Source: Spirochaetota bacterium
Lineage (GTDB): Bacteria; Spirochaetota; UBA4802; UBA5550
Assembly (NCBI GenBank): GCA_041753395.1
Contig: JBGSUQ010000001.1
Location: 221,948 to 285,947, forward strand
DNA length: 64,000 nucleotides
Reading direction: 5' to 3'
This document shows positions 37,240 to 46,364 of this stretch, piece after piece (position 1 is the first letter of the stretch; each line of letters begins with the position of its first letter). Under the pieces are notes generated by a model. It was given only the letters and a program-made list of their open reading frames with translations, had not been told where the DNA came from and ran no database searches. Both the position numbers and the translations under genes were made by a program.

Positions 37240-37380
37240 GTCTCACCCCCGGCCTCCCTGTTTGACCTCACCCGCGCTCCGCGCACCCTCTCCTTTAAAA
37301 GGAGAGGGCTTTAGTATTAATACTCTTTTTTTTCCTTCTCCCCTTCTCCATTTAATGGAGAAGGGGCCGGGGGATGAGGT
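37240..37380. repeat. Palindromic / MITE-like element, family B copy 1 (ends gtctcacccccggcc / ggccgggggatgagg; internal hairpins ccctctcc-tttaaaa-ggagaggg and ccttctcc-atttaat-ggagaagg)
   Basis: It shares the cctcacccgcgctc[ct]gcgc box and the ctctcc/ggagag hairpins with 54231..54421. It lies at the convergent junction adk / DAHP synthase. Confidence 0.55.
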
Positions 37381-37405
37381 AAAAAGACGTTTTGGGGTCT
37401 ATGAC

Positions 37406-38434
37406 CTACAGAATATCAGCAAGCTCCAGGATGAACCGTTCCGAATCCTCCCACCCGAGACAGGGGTCGGTGATCGACTTTCCGAACTCGTCACCTGCCG
37501 GGTCCTGGGACCCTTCAAGGAGATAACTCTCCACCATAAAGCCTTTCACCATTTTCCTTAAGATTTCGGAATATTTCACGCTCCGCATCACCTCCATGAT
37601 GATGCGCGGCTGCTCCCGGTACTTCTTGCCCGAATTCGAATGGTTGGCATCGATGATTATCGACGGGTTTTCCAGCGACCGGTCCAGGTACATTTCGGTC
37701 AGGACAACCAGGTCCTCAAAATGATAATTGGGGAAATGGTTCCCGTACCGGTCCACGGATCCGCGTACCACGCCATGGGCAAGGGGGTTGCCGCTGGTGG
37801 CCACTTCCCAGCCGTTGTAGACAAAGGTATGGGGCTGCTGCGCCGCGTAGATTGAATCAATCATGACGCGCAAATCCCCCGACGTGGGGTTCTTCAGACC
37901 CACCGGGACGTCCAGGCCGCTAACGGTGAGGCGGTGCTCCTGGTTCTCAACGGAACGGGCCCCCACCGCCACATAGGAAAGGATATCGGCCAGATACGGA
38001 TAGTTGCCCGGGTAGAGCATCTCGTCAGCGGCCGGCAAGTGTGAAATTGACAGGGCCTTGATGTGCATCTCCCGGATCGCCAGGAGCCCTTTGGTCATAT
38101 CGGGCTTTTCCCGGTGGTCCGGCTGGTGCAGCATTCCCTTGTAGCCCTTTCCGGTTGTGCGGGGCTTGTTGGTGTAGATCCGGGGCATCAGCACCAGCTT
38201 CTCCTTCACGCGGTCCTGGAGCTTCGACAGCCTCGATACGTATTCATACACCGCCTCCGCATGGTGGGCCGAGCAGGGTCCGATGAGGACCAGCATGCGG
38301 CTGTCGTTGCCGGTAAAGACGTTTCGTATTATTTCGTCCCGCTTTTTCTTGACGTCCTGAAGCTGGACCGGGAGCGGGTTGCTTTCCAGAATTTCCCCCG
38401 GAGACGGATACTTTCGAATGTAATTCAGACTCAT
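37406..38434 (-). CDS. 3-deoxy-D-arabino-heptulosonate-7-phosphate (DAHP) synthase, class I
   Basis: LVLIGPCSAHHAEAVYEYVSRL, with a KPRT...GYKG-type core. The start is reset to MSLNYIRK (ATG 38434) with an AGGAGGGAA SD. The ORF-track start at 38524 is too long. Confidence 0.85.
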   Translation of the reverse strand: MSLNYIRKYPSPGEILESNPLPVQLQDVKKKRDEIIRNVFTGNDSRMLVLIGPCSAHHAEAVYEYVSRLSKLQDRVKEKLVLMPRIYTNKPRTTGKGYKGMLHQPDHREKPDMTKGLLAIREMHIKALSISHLPAADEMLYPGNYPYLADILSYVAVGARSVENQEHRLTVSGLDVPVGLKNPTSGDLRVMIDSIYAAQQPHTFVYNGWEVATSGNPLAHGVVRGSVDRYGNHFPNYHFEDLVVLTEMYLDRSLENPSIIIDANHSNSGKKYREQPRIIMEVMRSVKYSEILRKMVKGFMVESYLLEGSQDPAGDEFGKSITDPCLGWEDSERFILELADIL

Positions 38435-38570
38435 AATGTTCCCTCCTGATAATAAAGAACGGGGCCACCCTGAGCCTGTCAAAGGTGACCCCTGCCACGG
38501 GCCATGCTTCGACATGCTCAGCATGACCGCGTATGGTATTTCTTCTCACATGCCGAGCTTAACGGTTAAC

Positions 38571-39380
38571 CTAACTAAAATATTCCACCGCGTTTTTAAA
38601 TATGACAAAACCGTCAGTCTCCTCAGGCATATCCCTTCCCTCCCGTACGAGCTGTTCCCGTATATTTGTCCAGTCGTCGCGCTGTGTGAAAAACATCCCC
38701 CGCTCAGGATGCGGCATCATTCCCATGATCCTGCCGGTCTTATCGCATATTGACGCGATATCGTTCATTGATCCATTCGGGTTATAGGGGAATTCTCCCT
38801 CCGCAAGCACTCCCTCCGGCTTAATGTACCGCATGGTGACCAGGCCGCTTTTCTCGATGCGCTGCAGCATGTCAGCCCCGGCGAAGAAGTTGCCTTCACC
38901 GTGGGACACCGGGATATGGAGCCGCTGGATACCGCGCGTGAAAACCGACGGTGAAGCGGCTTCAACCGCCAGATCAACCCACCGGCACTGATACCGGAAG
39001 GTATTATTGTGTTCGAGGGCCGCCTCAGCTTCGCCGGTGAAGCCATCCAGGGCCGGGATGATCCCGATATTGATCATAACCTGGAACCCGTTGCATATGC
39101 CAAGGATCAATGTATCCCGGCTGGTAAAACGCCGCACTTCATCCATAAGGTTGTTTTTGATCCGGTTGGCCAGGGCTTTGCCGCTCCCCGTGTCATCACC
39201 ATAGGCGAAACCGCCGGGAAAAGTAAATATCTGGTACCGGTCAAGGAGCGCCCGGTTTTCGATCAGGTCATTGATGTGGACGATGTCCGTGTCCGCGCCG
39301 GCCCTGCTGAAGGCGAAGGCGGTTTCGTCATCACTATTAATGCCGTATCCGGTCAGTACTATTGCTCTGGGTCGTGTCAT
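38571..39380 (-). CDS. purQ: Phosphoribosylformylglycinamidine synthase glutaminase subunit PurQ
   Basis: 269 aa, a class I glutamine amidotransferase (ILGICNGFQV...). It lies directly downstream of purL. Confidence 0.85.
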   Translation of the reverse strand: MTRPRAIVLTGYGINSDDETAFAFSRAGADTDIVHINDLIENRALLDRYQIFTFPGGFAYGDDTGSGKALANRIKNNLMDEVRRFTSRDTLILGICNGFQVMINIGIIPALDGFTGEAEAALEHNNTFRYQCRWVDLAVEAASPSVFTRGIQRLHIPVSHGEGNFFAGADMLQRIEKSGLVTMRYIKPEGVLAEGEFPYNPNGSMNDIASICDKTGRIMGMMPHPERGMFFTQRDDWTNIREQLVREGRDMPEETDGFVIFKNAVEYFS

Positions 39381-39554
39381 AAGTTTTATGTTGCTTTCAT
39401 GTCATCGCGAGTGAAATGAAGCGATCTTGTTTTTAATTATTGTATGGCTACTGGTTTCAATATTATTTTCTAAATCAAGATTGATTCTTCGCTTCGCTCC
39501 TCGCAATGAGATTCTGTATTAATTCTTGAGTTACTTTTTCACACAATTCATCTA

Positions 39555-39616
39555 TACCCCCCTGCCCCCCTGTGGGGGGCATCTTATCACGCTCCCCCTC
39601 GGGGGGACGGGGGGGT
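39555..39616. repeat. G/C-homopolymer hairpin cluster, family D copy 1 (C6-TGT-G6 and C5-TC-G6 hairpins followed by G7)
   Basis: cccccctgcccccctgtggggggc...ccccctcggggggacgggggggtt, in the purL-purQ intergenic spacer abutting the purL stop. It is similar to 47576..47668. Confidence 0.5.
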
Positions 39617-42604
39617 TCAAAAATCTTTAAATAATCCCTTATATACCTTCATGAGTTCATCAATGCTTGTGCGGACAATTGTTTTTCCTTTTAATCCAAT
39701 AATTTCAATGATGGATGATTCGGTAACTGCCCCGATGAGGCCTACCGGCACCCCGGCGAAGACCTTCTCGAATTCCTTCTTCTTTGAGGGATTGACGGAA
39801 ACCAGGACCCTTCCCTGTGACTCCGAATAGAGGATCGAGTCGTTCCTGTCCGTTTCCGACTGCACTGCCGCGAGGTTAGCCGAAAGACCAAGCATCCCGG
39901 CCATGGCCGATTTTGCCAGGGCCACGCCGAGACCGCCGCGCTCCACGCTGAGACATGACGCCACGAGTCCCCGGTCAATGACCGTTTCCAGGGCCCGGTA
40001 TGCAGCCACGAACCCTTCCGCCGGAACAGAGGGCGCCGCGTCGCCGATATAGCGCCGGCCAGAAATTGTTTCGCCCCGGTAGGCAAGGTATTCGCTGCCG
40101 CCCATCTCTTCCCTGGTCACACCGATTACATATACCAGGTCGCCGGGGAACTTGAAGTCGATGGTCTGGCATTTGCGGATGTCGTCAACCACACCGATGG
40201 AGGAAACCAGGAGCGTGGGCGGTATGGATATCATCTCCTCGCGGAAGTTCTCATCGTACCCGCGGAAATCGTTGAACATGCTGTCCTTGCCGGAGATGAA
40301 GGGCGTGCGGTAAGCGATCGCGTAATCCCGGCACGCCCGCGCCGCCTCGCGGAGCTGTCCGAGGCGCTCGGGATTGCTGGAATCGCACCAGCAGAAATTG
40401 TCAAGGATGGCCAACTTATCCAGGCGGCCGCCGGCGGAAATAGCGTTCCGCACAGCTGTGTCGATGGAGCAGGCCGCCATCCGGTAAGTGTCTATATCAC
40501 TGTAGGAGGGATAAAGGCCCTGGGAAAGCACCACCCCACGGTATGAATCGAGGACAGGCCGAATCACCGTGGCATTGCCATTCACGCCGCCCTTTCCCTG
40601 CAGGGGCTTAATCACGGAATTACCCTGCACCAGGTGGTCATACTGGGTGGATATGAATTCGAAACTGGCGGTGTTAAGCCTCCCGGCCATGTCGCGGAAT
40701 ATATCCGACATCTCTTCCGGATCGAGAAAGACCGGATAGGGATGCTTCTCTTTCGTATAGCTGGTTTTGAGCTTTTTACGGGGAAGCCCATCATGGAGGA
40801 AACCCATGTCCAGGTCGAAAATGACTTTCCCGCCAAAGCGTACGATGCCCCTTTTACCGTCCCTGAATTTCCCGATCACCGTGGCCTCAACACCGCGTCG
40901 CTCCATGAGGCTGATGAACTCCTCCAGCCGGTCATCGGGGACGGCCGCGGTCATCCGTTCCTGGGACTCGCTGACCCATATCTGCCAGGGGGCCAGGCCC
41001 GGGTACTTCAGGGGGACCCGGTCGAGGTCCACTTCGAAGCCGCCGCACTCCCTGGCCATCTCGGCCACGGAGCAGGAGAGGCCGCCGGCGCCGTTGTCGG
41101 TTATGGAATGGTACAGGCCGCGGTCGCGGGCCTCCTTCACGATGGCGTCGGAGAGCTTCTTCTGGGTGATGGGATCGCCAATCTGCACCGCCGTGGCTGG
41201 GCTTCCTGAAGATAGGGCCTCGGATGAAAACGTGGCACCGTGTATGCCGTCGCGGCCCACACGGCCGCCGATCATGATGATATTGTCGCCGCTCATGGCC
41301 CGCTTCTCGCAGGACGGCTTCCCATTTACAAATTTCGGGATAAGACCCACGGTGCCGACGAAGACCAGGGGCTTCCCCTTATACCGTTCGTCGAAATAGA
41401 CGAAGCCCTGGGGCGTCGGTATGCCCGAGGTGTTGCCGCCGGCATTCACGCCGTGCACCACCCCTTCAAGGATTCGTCGCGGGGACAGCATCCTGCTTGA
41501 CGGGTCCTTGCTCTTGTATAACGGCCTGGTATCGAAGGGATCGGCGAAGCAAAAGCCGTAGCGGTTTGCCACGGGCCGTGACCCCATGCCGAAGCCAATG
41601 GTGTCCCGGTTGACCCCCACGATGCCGGTTATGGCCCCGCCGAAGGGGTCCAGGGCGCTCGGGCTGTTGTGCGTCTCAACTTTATCTGATATGATGTAGT
41701 TCTCATCGAACTCGATGCCGCCCGAATTGTCCTCGAACACGGACACGCAGAAGTCTTTATCGCCCAGCTCGCGGCGTATCCTGATGGTGGCTTCCCTTAT
41801 GTAGCTGCGGAATATCCCTTCCGGGACGTCATCGTCGATCTGCGCGGCAAATATAGTATGTTTGCAGTGTTCACTCCAGGTCTGGGCAATAGACTCCAGT
41901 TCCACATCGGTGGGATTCCTTTTTTCGGACTCGGCGAAGTAATGTCGTATCGCGTGCATGGAAGCCATATCAAGGGCCAGGGGTCCCCGCCGGGGCCCTC
42001 CCCGCTCCTGGATGCCGTCCCTGGCTATCTTCATGAGTTCATCGTCGGGAACACCGAGATCAACCTCGTCAGCATCGGGCCGCTCATGGATACTCACCAC
42101 GGGCAGTTCTATGCCCATGCCCGCCTTCCGCACATATTCACTGGAAGAGAGTATCTTACTCCGCTGTATCAGCGGGTTGTACAGCTCCGCGCTTATCTGT
42201 TCGACCTGGCTCTTCGAGAGTCCGCCGCTGAAAAAATATGTTATCGTGGTAAAGACCGATTTCTCGATATCGAGATGTATCTTCAACAAATCCTCTATAG
42301 ATTCGCGCACCGTGTGAGCGATATTGTCGGTAACGCCGGGAAGAAACCCGATTTCAACGGCGTGATCGAATCCTTCCGGGGTGTAGGGCCGGTTTATGAG
42401 ACAATCCTGGATAACCGGCTGTATTAGCAGGCGCGATACCGCTAGGGCCCTGTTATCATCGATATCGGCATTAATTAGATAGTTATCGGAGATATGGACA
42501 GCGCGGACGGGAAATCCAAGGCCCGCCAGTTTTTTCCGCACCACCTCGCAGCGGGGGTCGCTGGTCCTGTGAAACACTTCGATGCGGTATGTTGCGCTTA
42601 TCAT
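39617..42604 (-). CDS. purL: Phosphoribosylformylglycinamidine synthase PurL with an N-terminal PurS-like domain (995 aa)
   Basis: It carries the PurL / AIR-synthase-related repeats (GVNRDTIGFGMG..., IGDPITQKKL..., GVVLSQGLYPSY...). Roughly 250 aa at the N-terminus are extra relative to small PurL. A GAGGA SD precedes it. Confidence 0.9.
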   Translation of the reverse strand: MISATYRIEVFHRTSDPRCEVVRKKLAGLGFPVRAVHISDNYLINADIDDNRALAVSRLLIQPVIQDCLINRPYTPEGFDHAVEIGFLPGVTDNIAHTVRESIEDLLKIHLDIEKSVFTTITYFFSGGLSKSQVEQISAELYNPLIQRSKILSSSEYVRKAGMGIELPVVSIHERPDADEVDLGVPDDELMKIARDGIQERGGPRRGPLALDMASMHAIRHYFAESEKRNPTDVELESIAQTWSEHCKHTIFAAQIDDDVPEGIFRSYIREATIRIRRELGDKDFCVSVFEDNSGGIEFDENYIISDKVETHNSPSALDPFGGAITGIVGVNRDTIGFGMGSRPVANRYGFCFADPFDTRPLYKSKDPSSRMLSPRRILEGVVHGVNAGGNTSGIPTPQGFVYFDERYKGKPLVFVGTVGLIPKFVNGKPSCEKRAMSGDNIIMIGGRVGRDGIHGATFSSEALSSGSPATAVQIGDPITQKKLSDAIVKEARDRGLYHSITDNGAGGLSCSVAEMARECGGFEVDLDRVPLKYPGLAPWQIWVSESQERMTAAVPDDRLEEFISLMERRGVEATVIGKFRDGKRGIVRFGGKVIFDLDMGFLHDGLPRKKLKTSYTKEKHPYPVFLDPEEMSDIFRDMAGRLNTASFEFISTQYDHLVQGNSVIKPLQGKGGVNGNATVIRPVLDSYRGVVLSQGLYPSYSDIDTYRMAACSIDTAVRNAISAGGRLDKLAILDNFCWCDSSNPERLGQLREAARACRDYAIAYRTPFISGKDSMFNDFRGYDENFREEMISIPPTLLVSSIGVVDDIRKCQTIDFKFPGDLVYVIGVTREEMGGSEYLAYRGETISGRRYIGDAAPSVPAEGFVAAYRALETVIDRGLVASCLSVERGGLGVALAKSAMAGMLGLSANLAAVQSETDRNDSILYSESQGRVLVSVNPSKKKEFEKVFAGVPVGLIGAVTESSIIEIIGLKGKTIVRTSIDELMKVYKGLFKDF

Positions 42605-42668
42605 TCACAATCCTCGATTGTGGAACTGCTAAAGGATCCGCCCTGAATTGTCCAGAAATTTTTTTTTT

Positions 42669-42709
42669 GGCAGCTGTTCCGCCGCCTCCGGCGGCGGAAC
42701 AGCTGCCAA
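42669..42709. other. Perfect 18-bp-stem hairpin (ggcagctgttccgccgcc-tccg-ggcggcggaacagctgcc) in the purL leader
   Basis: Read directly from the sequence. It is flanked by T9 on the plus side and A-rich sequence on the other side, and lies about 65-105 nt upstream of the purL ATG. Confidence 0.5.
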
Positions 42710-42718
42710 AGATAAAAT

Positions 42719-42745
42719 AAAAAAGGGGCCCGAGGGCCCCTTTTT
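42719..42745 (-). terminator. Rho-independent terminator downstream of the acyl-CoA ligase gene (ggggcccgagggcccc stem flanked by A- and T-runs, potentially bidirectional)
   Basis: aaaaaaGGGGCCCgaGGGCCCCttttt. Confidence 0.6.
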
Positions 42746-42772
42746 CAAATATTGACAAAGTTTAACCAGCTT

Positions 42773-44587
42773 CTAGTCAGCGTCCGCAGGATACAGACTT
42801 TCTATCTCTTTCCCGTATTTTGATTCGATAATCCGCCGCTTGACCTTCTGGGTCGGGGTCAACTCGCCGGTCTCCTGGGTCCACTCAGCGTCGAGGAGCT
42901 GGAACTTCCTGATCTGCTCGACCCGGGCATACTGCTTGGTGTACTTCTCTATCTCGCCGGCGATAAGCTTCTTCACCTCGTCTCTCTTTATCAGGTCCTT
43001 GTGACCGGAAGCCTCGATACCGTTTTTCTTCGCCCATTTGGCGACCGCTTCAAAGGCCGGGATCACCAGCGCGGTAAGATATTTCCTCCGGTCGCCGATT
43101 ACCGCCACCTGCTCAATGAACTGGGAGGTTTTCAGGCTGTTTTCGATATTCTGCGGGGAAATATTTTTCCCGCCCGCGGTAACGATAATATCCTTGATCC
43201 GTCCCGTGATTTTCAGGAAGCCCTCATCATCGATGGCAGCGATGTCGCCTGTTCTGAAGAAGCCGTCCCTGGTGAAGACTTCCTTCGTGGCCGCGGGGTT
43301 CTTATAGTAACCCTTCATGACCTGGGGCCCCTTGATCTGCAGCTCGCCGTCATCGGCGATCCTGACCTTGGTCCCCGGGATGGCATGACCGACGGTACCG
43401 GGTTTGATCTTACCAGCTCTGTTAAAATGAGTTACCGGTGTCGTTTCCGTCAGGCCGAAGCCCTCCAGCACCTTGATCCCCATGCCGATGAAGAACTCCG
43501 CGTCGGAAACTGAAAGGGGTCCGCCGCCCGATATGGCAAACTGCAGCTTGTCAAGACCGATCGCCTTCTTGAGATTTGAGAATACAAGTTTATCCGCCAG
43601 GTTGAACCTCTTTGCAAAAAGGCCGGTACGCGGGATGTCCCTGCATACGTAAGGAAGGTTCTTCGATGCGGTTGCCATGGCCCATTTGAATATGGCTTTT
43701 TTCGCGCCAGATCCGTCGGCGACCTTGGCCAGGATGCCGGCATGGACTTTTTCGTAGATCCGCGGCACGCTGATAATGATTGTTGGACGCACATCCTGGA
43801 AATTCTCCATCAGCTTTGATATGTCTTCCGCGAAGGCGACTTTTGCGCCGATAAGAATCGGGATGTAATATCCGCAGGTCATCTCAAGGGAATGGGACAG
43901 GGGCAGGAATGACAGCATTACATCTTTATCTGTCATGTACTGCTTGACCTCGCTGTGCACAGTCATCGCATTGGAAACGAAATTGCTGTGCATCAGCATA
44001 ACGCCCTTGGGATTTCCCGTTGTCCCGGAGGTATAAATAAGCGTTGAAACATCATCGGGTTTAATTGATGCCAGTCGCTTGTCGAATTCTTTCTTGTTTT
44101 TATATCCCTGGCCTATCTTGAAGGCATCGTTGATGGTCACGACATCCTTTATCTTCTTGCTGATATCATCGAAGATGACAAGCTGCTTCAGCTTCTTGAG
44201 TTTCGGTTTGACTTTTAAAACCCTGTTCAGGTGATCTTCCGTACCGACGAAACAAACACGTGAATCGGAATTGTTTATAATGTACAGGCATTCTTCCGAC
44301 GAGTTCGTTGCGTATATGGGAACGCTGATCGCTCCGATAGAAAGCGACGCCTGGCTTGCTACCCACCATTCCCACCGATTCGGTGAAAAGAGCGCTACCT
44401 TGTCGTTCTTTTTAACGCCGATTGAAAGCAGGTAAAACGCCATATCATGAACCATGCGGTTCATATCGGTCCATGATATGTCTACGTACTTGCCGCCCTT
44501 CTTGTACGCGACACAGGCCTTGTCGCCCAATTTTTCAGCCTGGTTCTGAAAAATTGCCGGCATACAGGTTTCTTTAAACTTTGCCAT
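42773..44587 (-). CDS. Long-chain-fatty-acid--CoA ligase (FadD-like, AMP-binding)
   Basis: 604 aa. LIYTSGTTGNPKGVMLMHSN is the AMP-binding motif, with YGLTE and GDIA-type motifs also present. An AAGGGGG SD precedes it. Confidence 0.85.
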   Translation of the reverse strand: MAKFKETCMPAIFQNQAEKLGDKACVAYKKGGKYVDISWTDMNRMVHDMAFYLLSIGVKKNDKVALFSPNRWEWWVASQASLSIGAISVPIYATNSSEECLYIINNSDSRVCFVGTEDHLNRVLKVKPKLKKLKQLVIFDDISKKIKDVVTINDAFKIGQGYKNKKEFDKRLASIKPDDVSTLIYTSGTTGNPKGVMLMHSNFVSNAMTVHSEVKQYMTDKDVMLSFLPLSHSLEMTCGYYIPILIGAKVAFAEDISKLMENFQDVRPTIIISVPRIYEKVHAGILAKVADGSGAKKAIFKWAMATASKNLPYVCRDIPRTGLFAKRFNLADKLVFSNLKKAIGLDKLQFAISGGGPLSVSDAEFFIGMGIKVLEGFGLTETTPVTHFNRAGKIKPGTVGHAIPGTKVRIADDGELQIKGPQVMKGYYKNPAATKEVFTRDGFFRTGDIAAIDDEGFLKITGRIKDIIVTAGGKNISPQNIENSLKTSQFIEQVAVIGDRRKYLTALVIPAFEAVAKWAKKNGIEASGHKDLIKRDEVKKLIAGEIEKYTKQYARVEQIRKFQLLDAEWTQETGELTPTQKVKRRIIESKYGKEIESLYPADAD

Positions 44588-44836
44588 GAATACCCCCTTT
44601 TATTTCTTATGTTATTTATTGTATGTTATTCAGCATGCATCTAAATATGAACAGCAAAAAGAAACCGGTTCTTTCCGTCAGCGTTGCACTACGACTTTTT
44701 TCAATGTTTTCTGCAATGAAAAAGCAGTTACACAAAGCAGCTGCGATAATCTGTCCTGCAATTCCACCCCGCCGCAATGGGCACCGGCAAAATTATTTTA
44801 CAGTATATTATCCGATGTTCATATTTTGACATGCGA

Positions 44837-44867
44837 TTAAGAGTCATTGCTAAATAGTGACTCTTAA
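44837..44867. promoter_or_regulatory. Palindromic operator-like site TTAAGAGTCA-N11-TGACTCTTAA in the fadD-like / tatC divergent region
   Basis: Read directly from the sequence: a 10-bp inverted repeat with an 11-nt spacer, about 250 nt upstream of the acyl-CoA ligase start. Confidence 0.4.
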
Positions 44868-45179
44868 TTGATTTTTATGGCAATCCTATTTTAAAATGTC
44901 AACTTATTAATTATAAAATCTAAATTTTACTGACACAATGTACAGCCTGCAGGCAAACAGACTGTATAATGCCTGAAAATGCCTCCAGCCGATCTAATGA
45001 ATTCACGGCCCTGACGCACCCTCCTAAAGAATGCGGTCTGAAACCATAGTTTTATAACCGGGACCGTTTATAAAACCTGAATTGAACCGACCTGTCCTAA
45101 AATACTTGACAGTATATGTCTGACTAACCAACATACCTGAATTAACCATCATGAATGATTTCTTGCAGGAGCAAAACCC

Positions 45180-46268
45180 TTGGCCACATCCAAGAAACCC
45201 AAGCCGGTGAAGGCCGCTGGAAAAAAGAAAAAAACAGGCCCTAAAAAACCGGCTGTTAAAAAAAATTCCCCTAAAATTGCACCGGCACAACGTACGCCGG
45301 TCACTACTGATACCGCCAAGGCCCCTGAAACGCAACCAGGCCAGGTTGTCAATCCGCTGACGAAGATAAGCGAAGTAGTGAAAAACAATCCGATCATTAC
45401 TCCAGAAACAGCCGGCATGTCACGCTATGAGCGCATTATCCATTTTTTCGCCAAACATGACGATTCGGACAGGCGGGTTCAAAAAACGGATAAAAAGGAT
45501 GAACACGAAGAAACAGATCCCGAAGCCCTCGAACGCGGCGATGTACCCATGAGTTTCGTCGACCACCTGGGTGAATTCAGGTCCAGGATACTGATCAGCC
45601 TCATCACATTCTTCATCCTTACGGTGGCGGCTTTCGTTTTTTCCGATCAGCTTCTCTACGTTATCAACAAACCGTATACCGATACCGGATTAAAGCTCAA
45701 TGTTTTCAAACTTTCAGAAGGCTTCATGATGCGCCTCAAGGTTTCGGCCATCACGGCGTTCATAGTGGGGCTTCCCTTCATCATCTTCCAGGTGTGGCGT
45801 TTCATCCTTCCCGCCATAACAAAGAAAGACCGCATGTTCTCACGCATAGCCCTCTTTTCGTCGATCCTGCTATTCTATGCCGGCGTCTCTTTCGTCTATT
45901 TTCTCCTGATGCCCTTCACGGTTAAAATGCTCCTCAGCTTTGTCGCCAAGGACATATCAAGCGTAATCGGCGCCAGCGAGTACATCAACTTTGTCTTTCT
46001 TTTCTGCTTCCTCATGGGGGTCCTTTTCGAGTTTCCCATACTCGTGATGATCCTCACCAGGATTGGCCTGATAACGCCCTATCTTCTTTCAAACAACAGG
46101 AAATGGGCCATTGTCATCATCTTTGTCATATCCGCCGTGATCACACCGACCACGGACCTGTTAACACAAAGCCTTGTCTCCATCCCGTTATATGTCCTTT
46201 TTGAAAGTTCGATAATTGTTTCAAAAATGACCGCCATTCGTAAAAAGAAAAAGGAACTTGATGATTAA
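45180..46268 (+). CDS. tatC: Sec-independent protein translocase TatC, with a ~120-aa Lys/Pro/Ala-rich N-terminal extension
   Basis: The TatC core runs from MSFVDHLGEFRSRILISL through six TM helices. The in-frame upstream 123 codons (KKPKPVKAAGKKKKTGPKKPAVKKNSPK...) contain no stop. A TTG start at 45180 follows AGGAG. An alternative start at ATG 45549 would remove the extension. Confidence 0.8.
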   Translation: MATSKKPKPVKAAGKKKKTGPKKPAVKKNSPKIAPAQRTPVTTDTAKAPETQPGQVVNPLTKISEVVKNNPIITPETAGMSRYERIIHFFAKHDDSDRRVQKTDKKDEHEETDPEALERGDVPMSFVDHLGEFRSRILISLITFFILTVAAFVFSDQLLYVINKPYTDTGLKLNVFKLSEGFMMRLKVSAITAFIVGLPFIIFQVWRFILPAITKKDRMFSRIALFSSILLFYAGVSFVYFLLMPFTVKMLLSFVAKDISSVIGASEYINFVFLFCFLMGVLFEFPILVMILTRIGLITPYLLSNNRKWAIVIIFVISAVITPTTDLLTQSLVSIPLYVLFESSIIVSKMTAIRKKKKELDD

Positions 46269-46364
46269 ATTAATCTTGACCTGATCACCTGATGATTGAG
46301 AATTATAATGGGCCCGCGGCGGTACCCTGACCGCGTCCCAGAAAAAATGTTACGAGGTGCAGCA

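Noticed and set aside
40634-41399. Long plus-strand ORFs (191 and 210 aa) inside purL
   Set aside because: They are antisense to a well-supported, motif-rich PurL reading frame, and GC-rich antisense frames are naturally stop-poor. The same reasoning dismisses the antisense ORFs inside ppdK (55346-55831 and others), flgI (32207-33031), the amidase (15363-15992), HDAC/RmuC (11258-12079), and the 648-aa gene (59048-59755).
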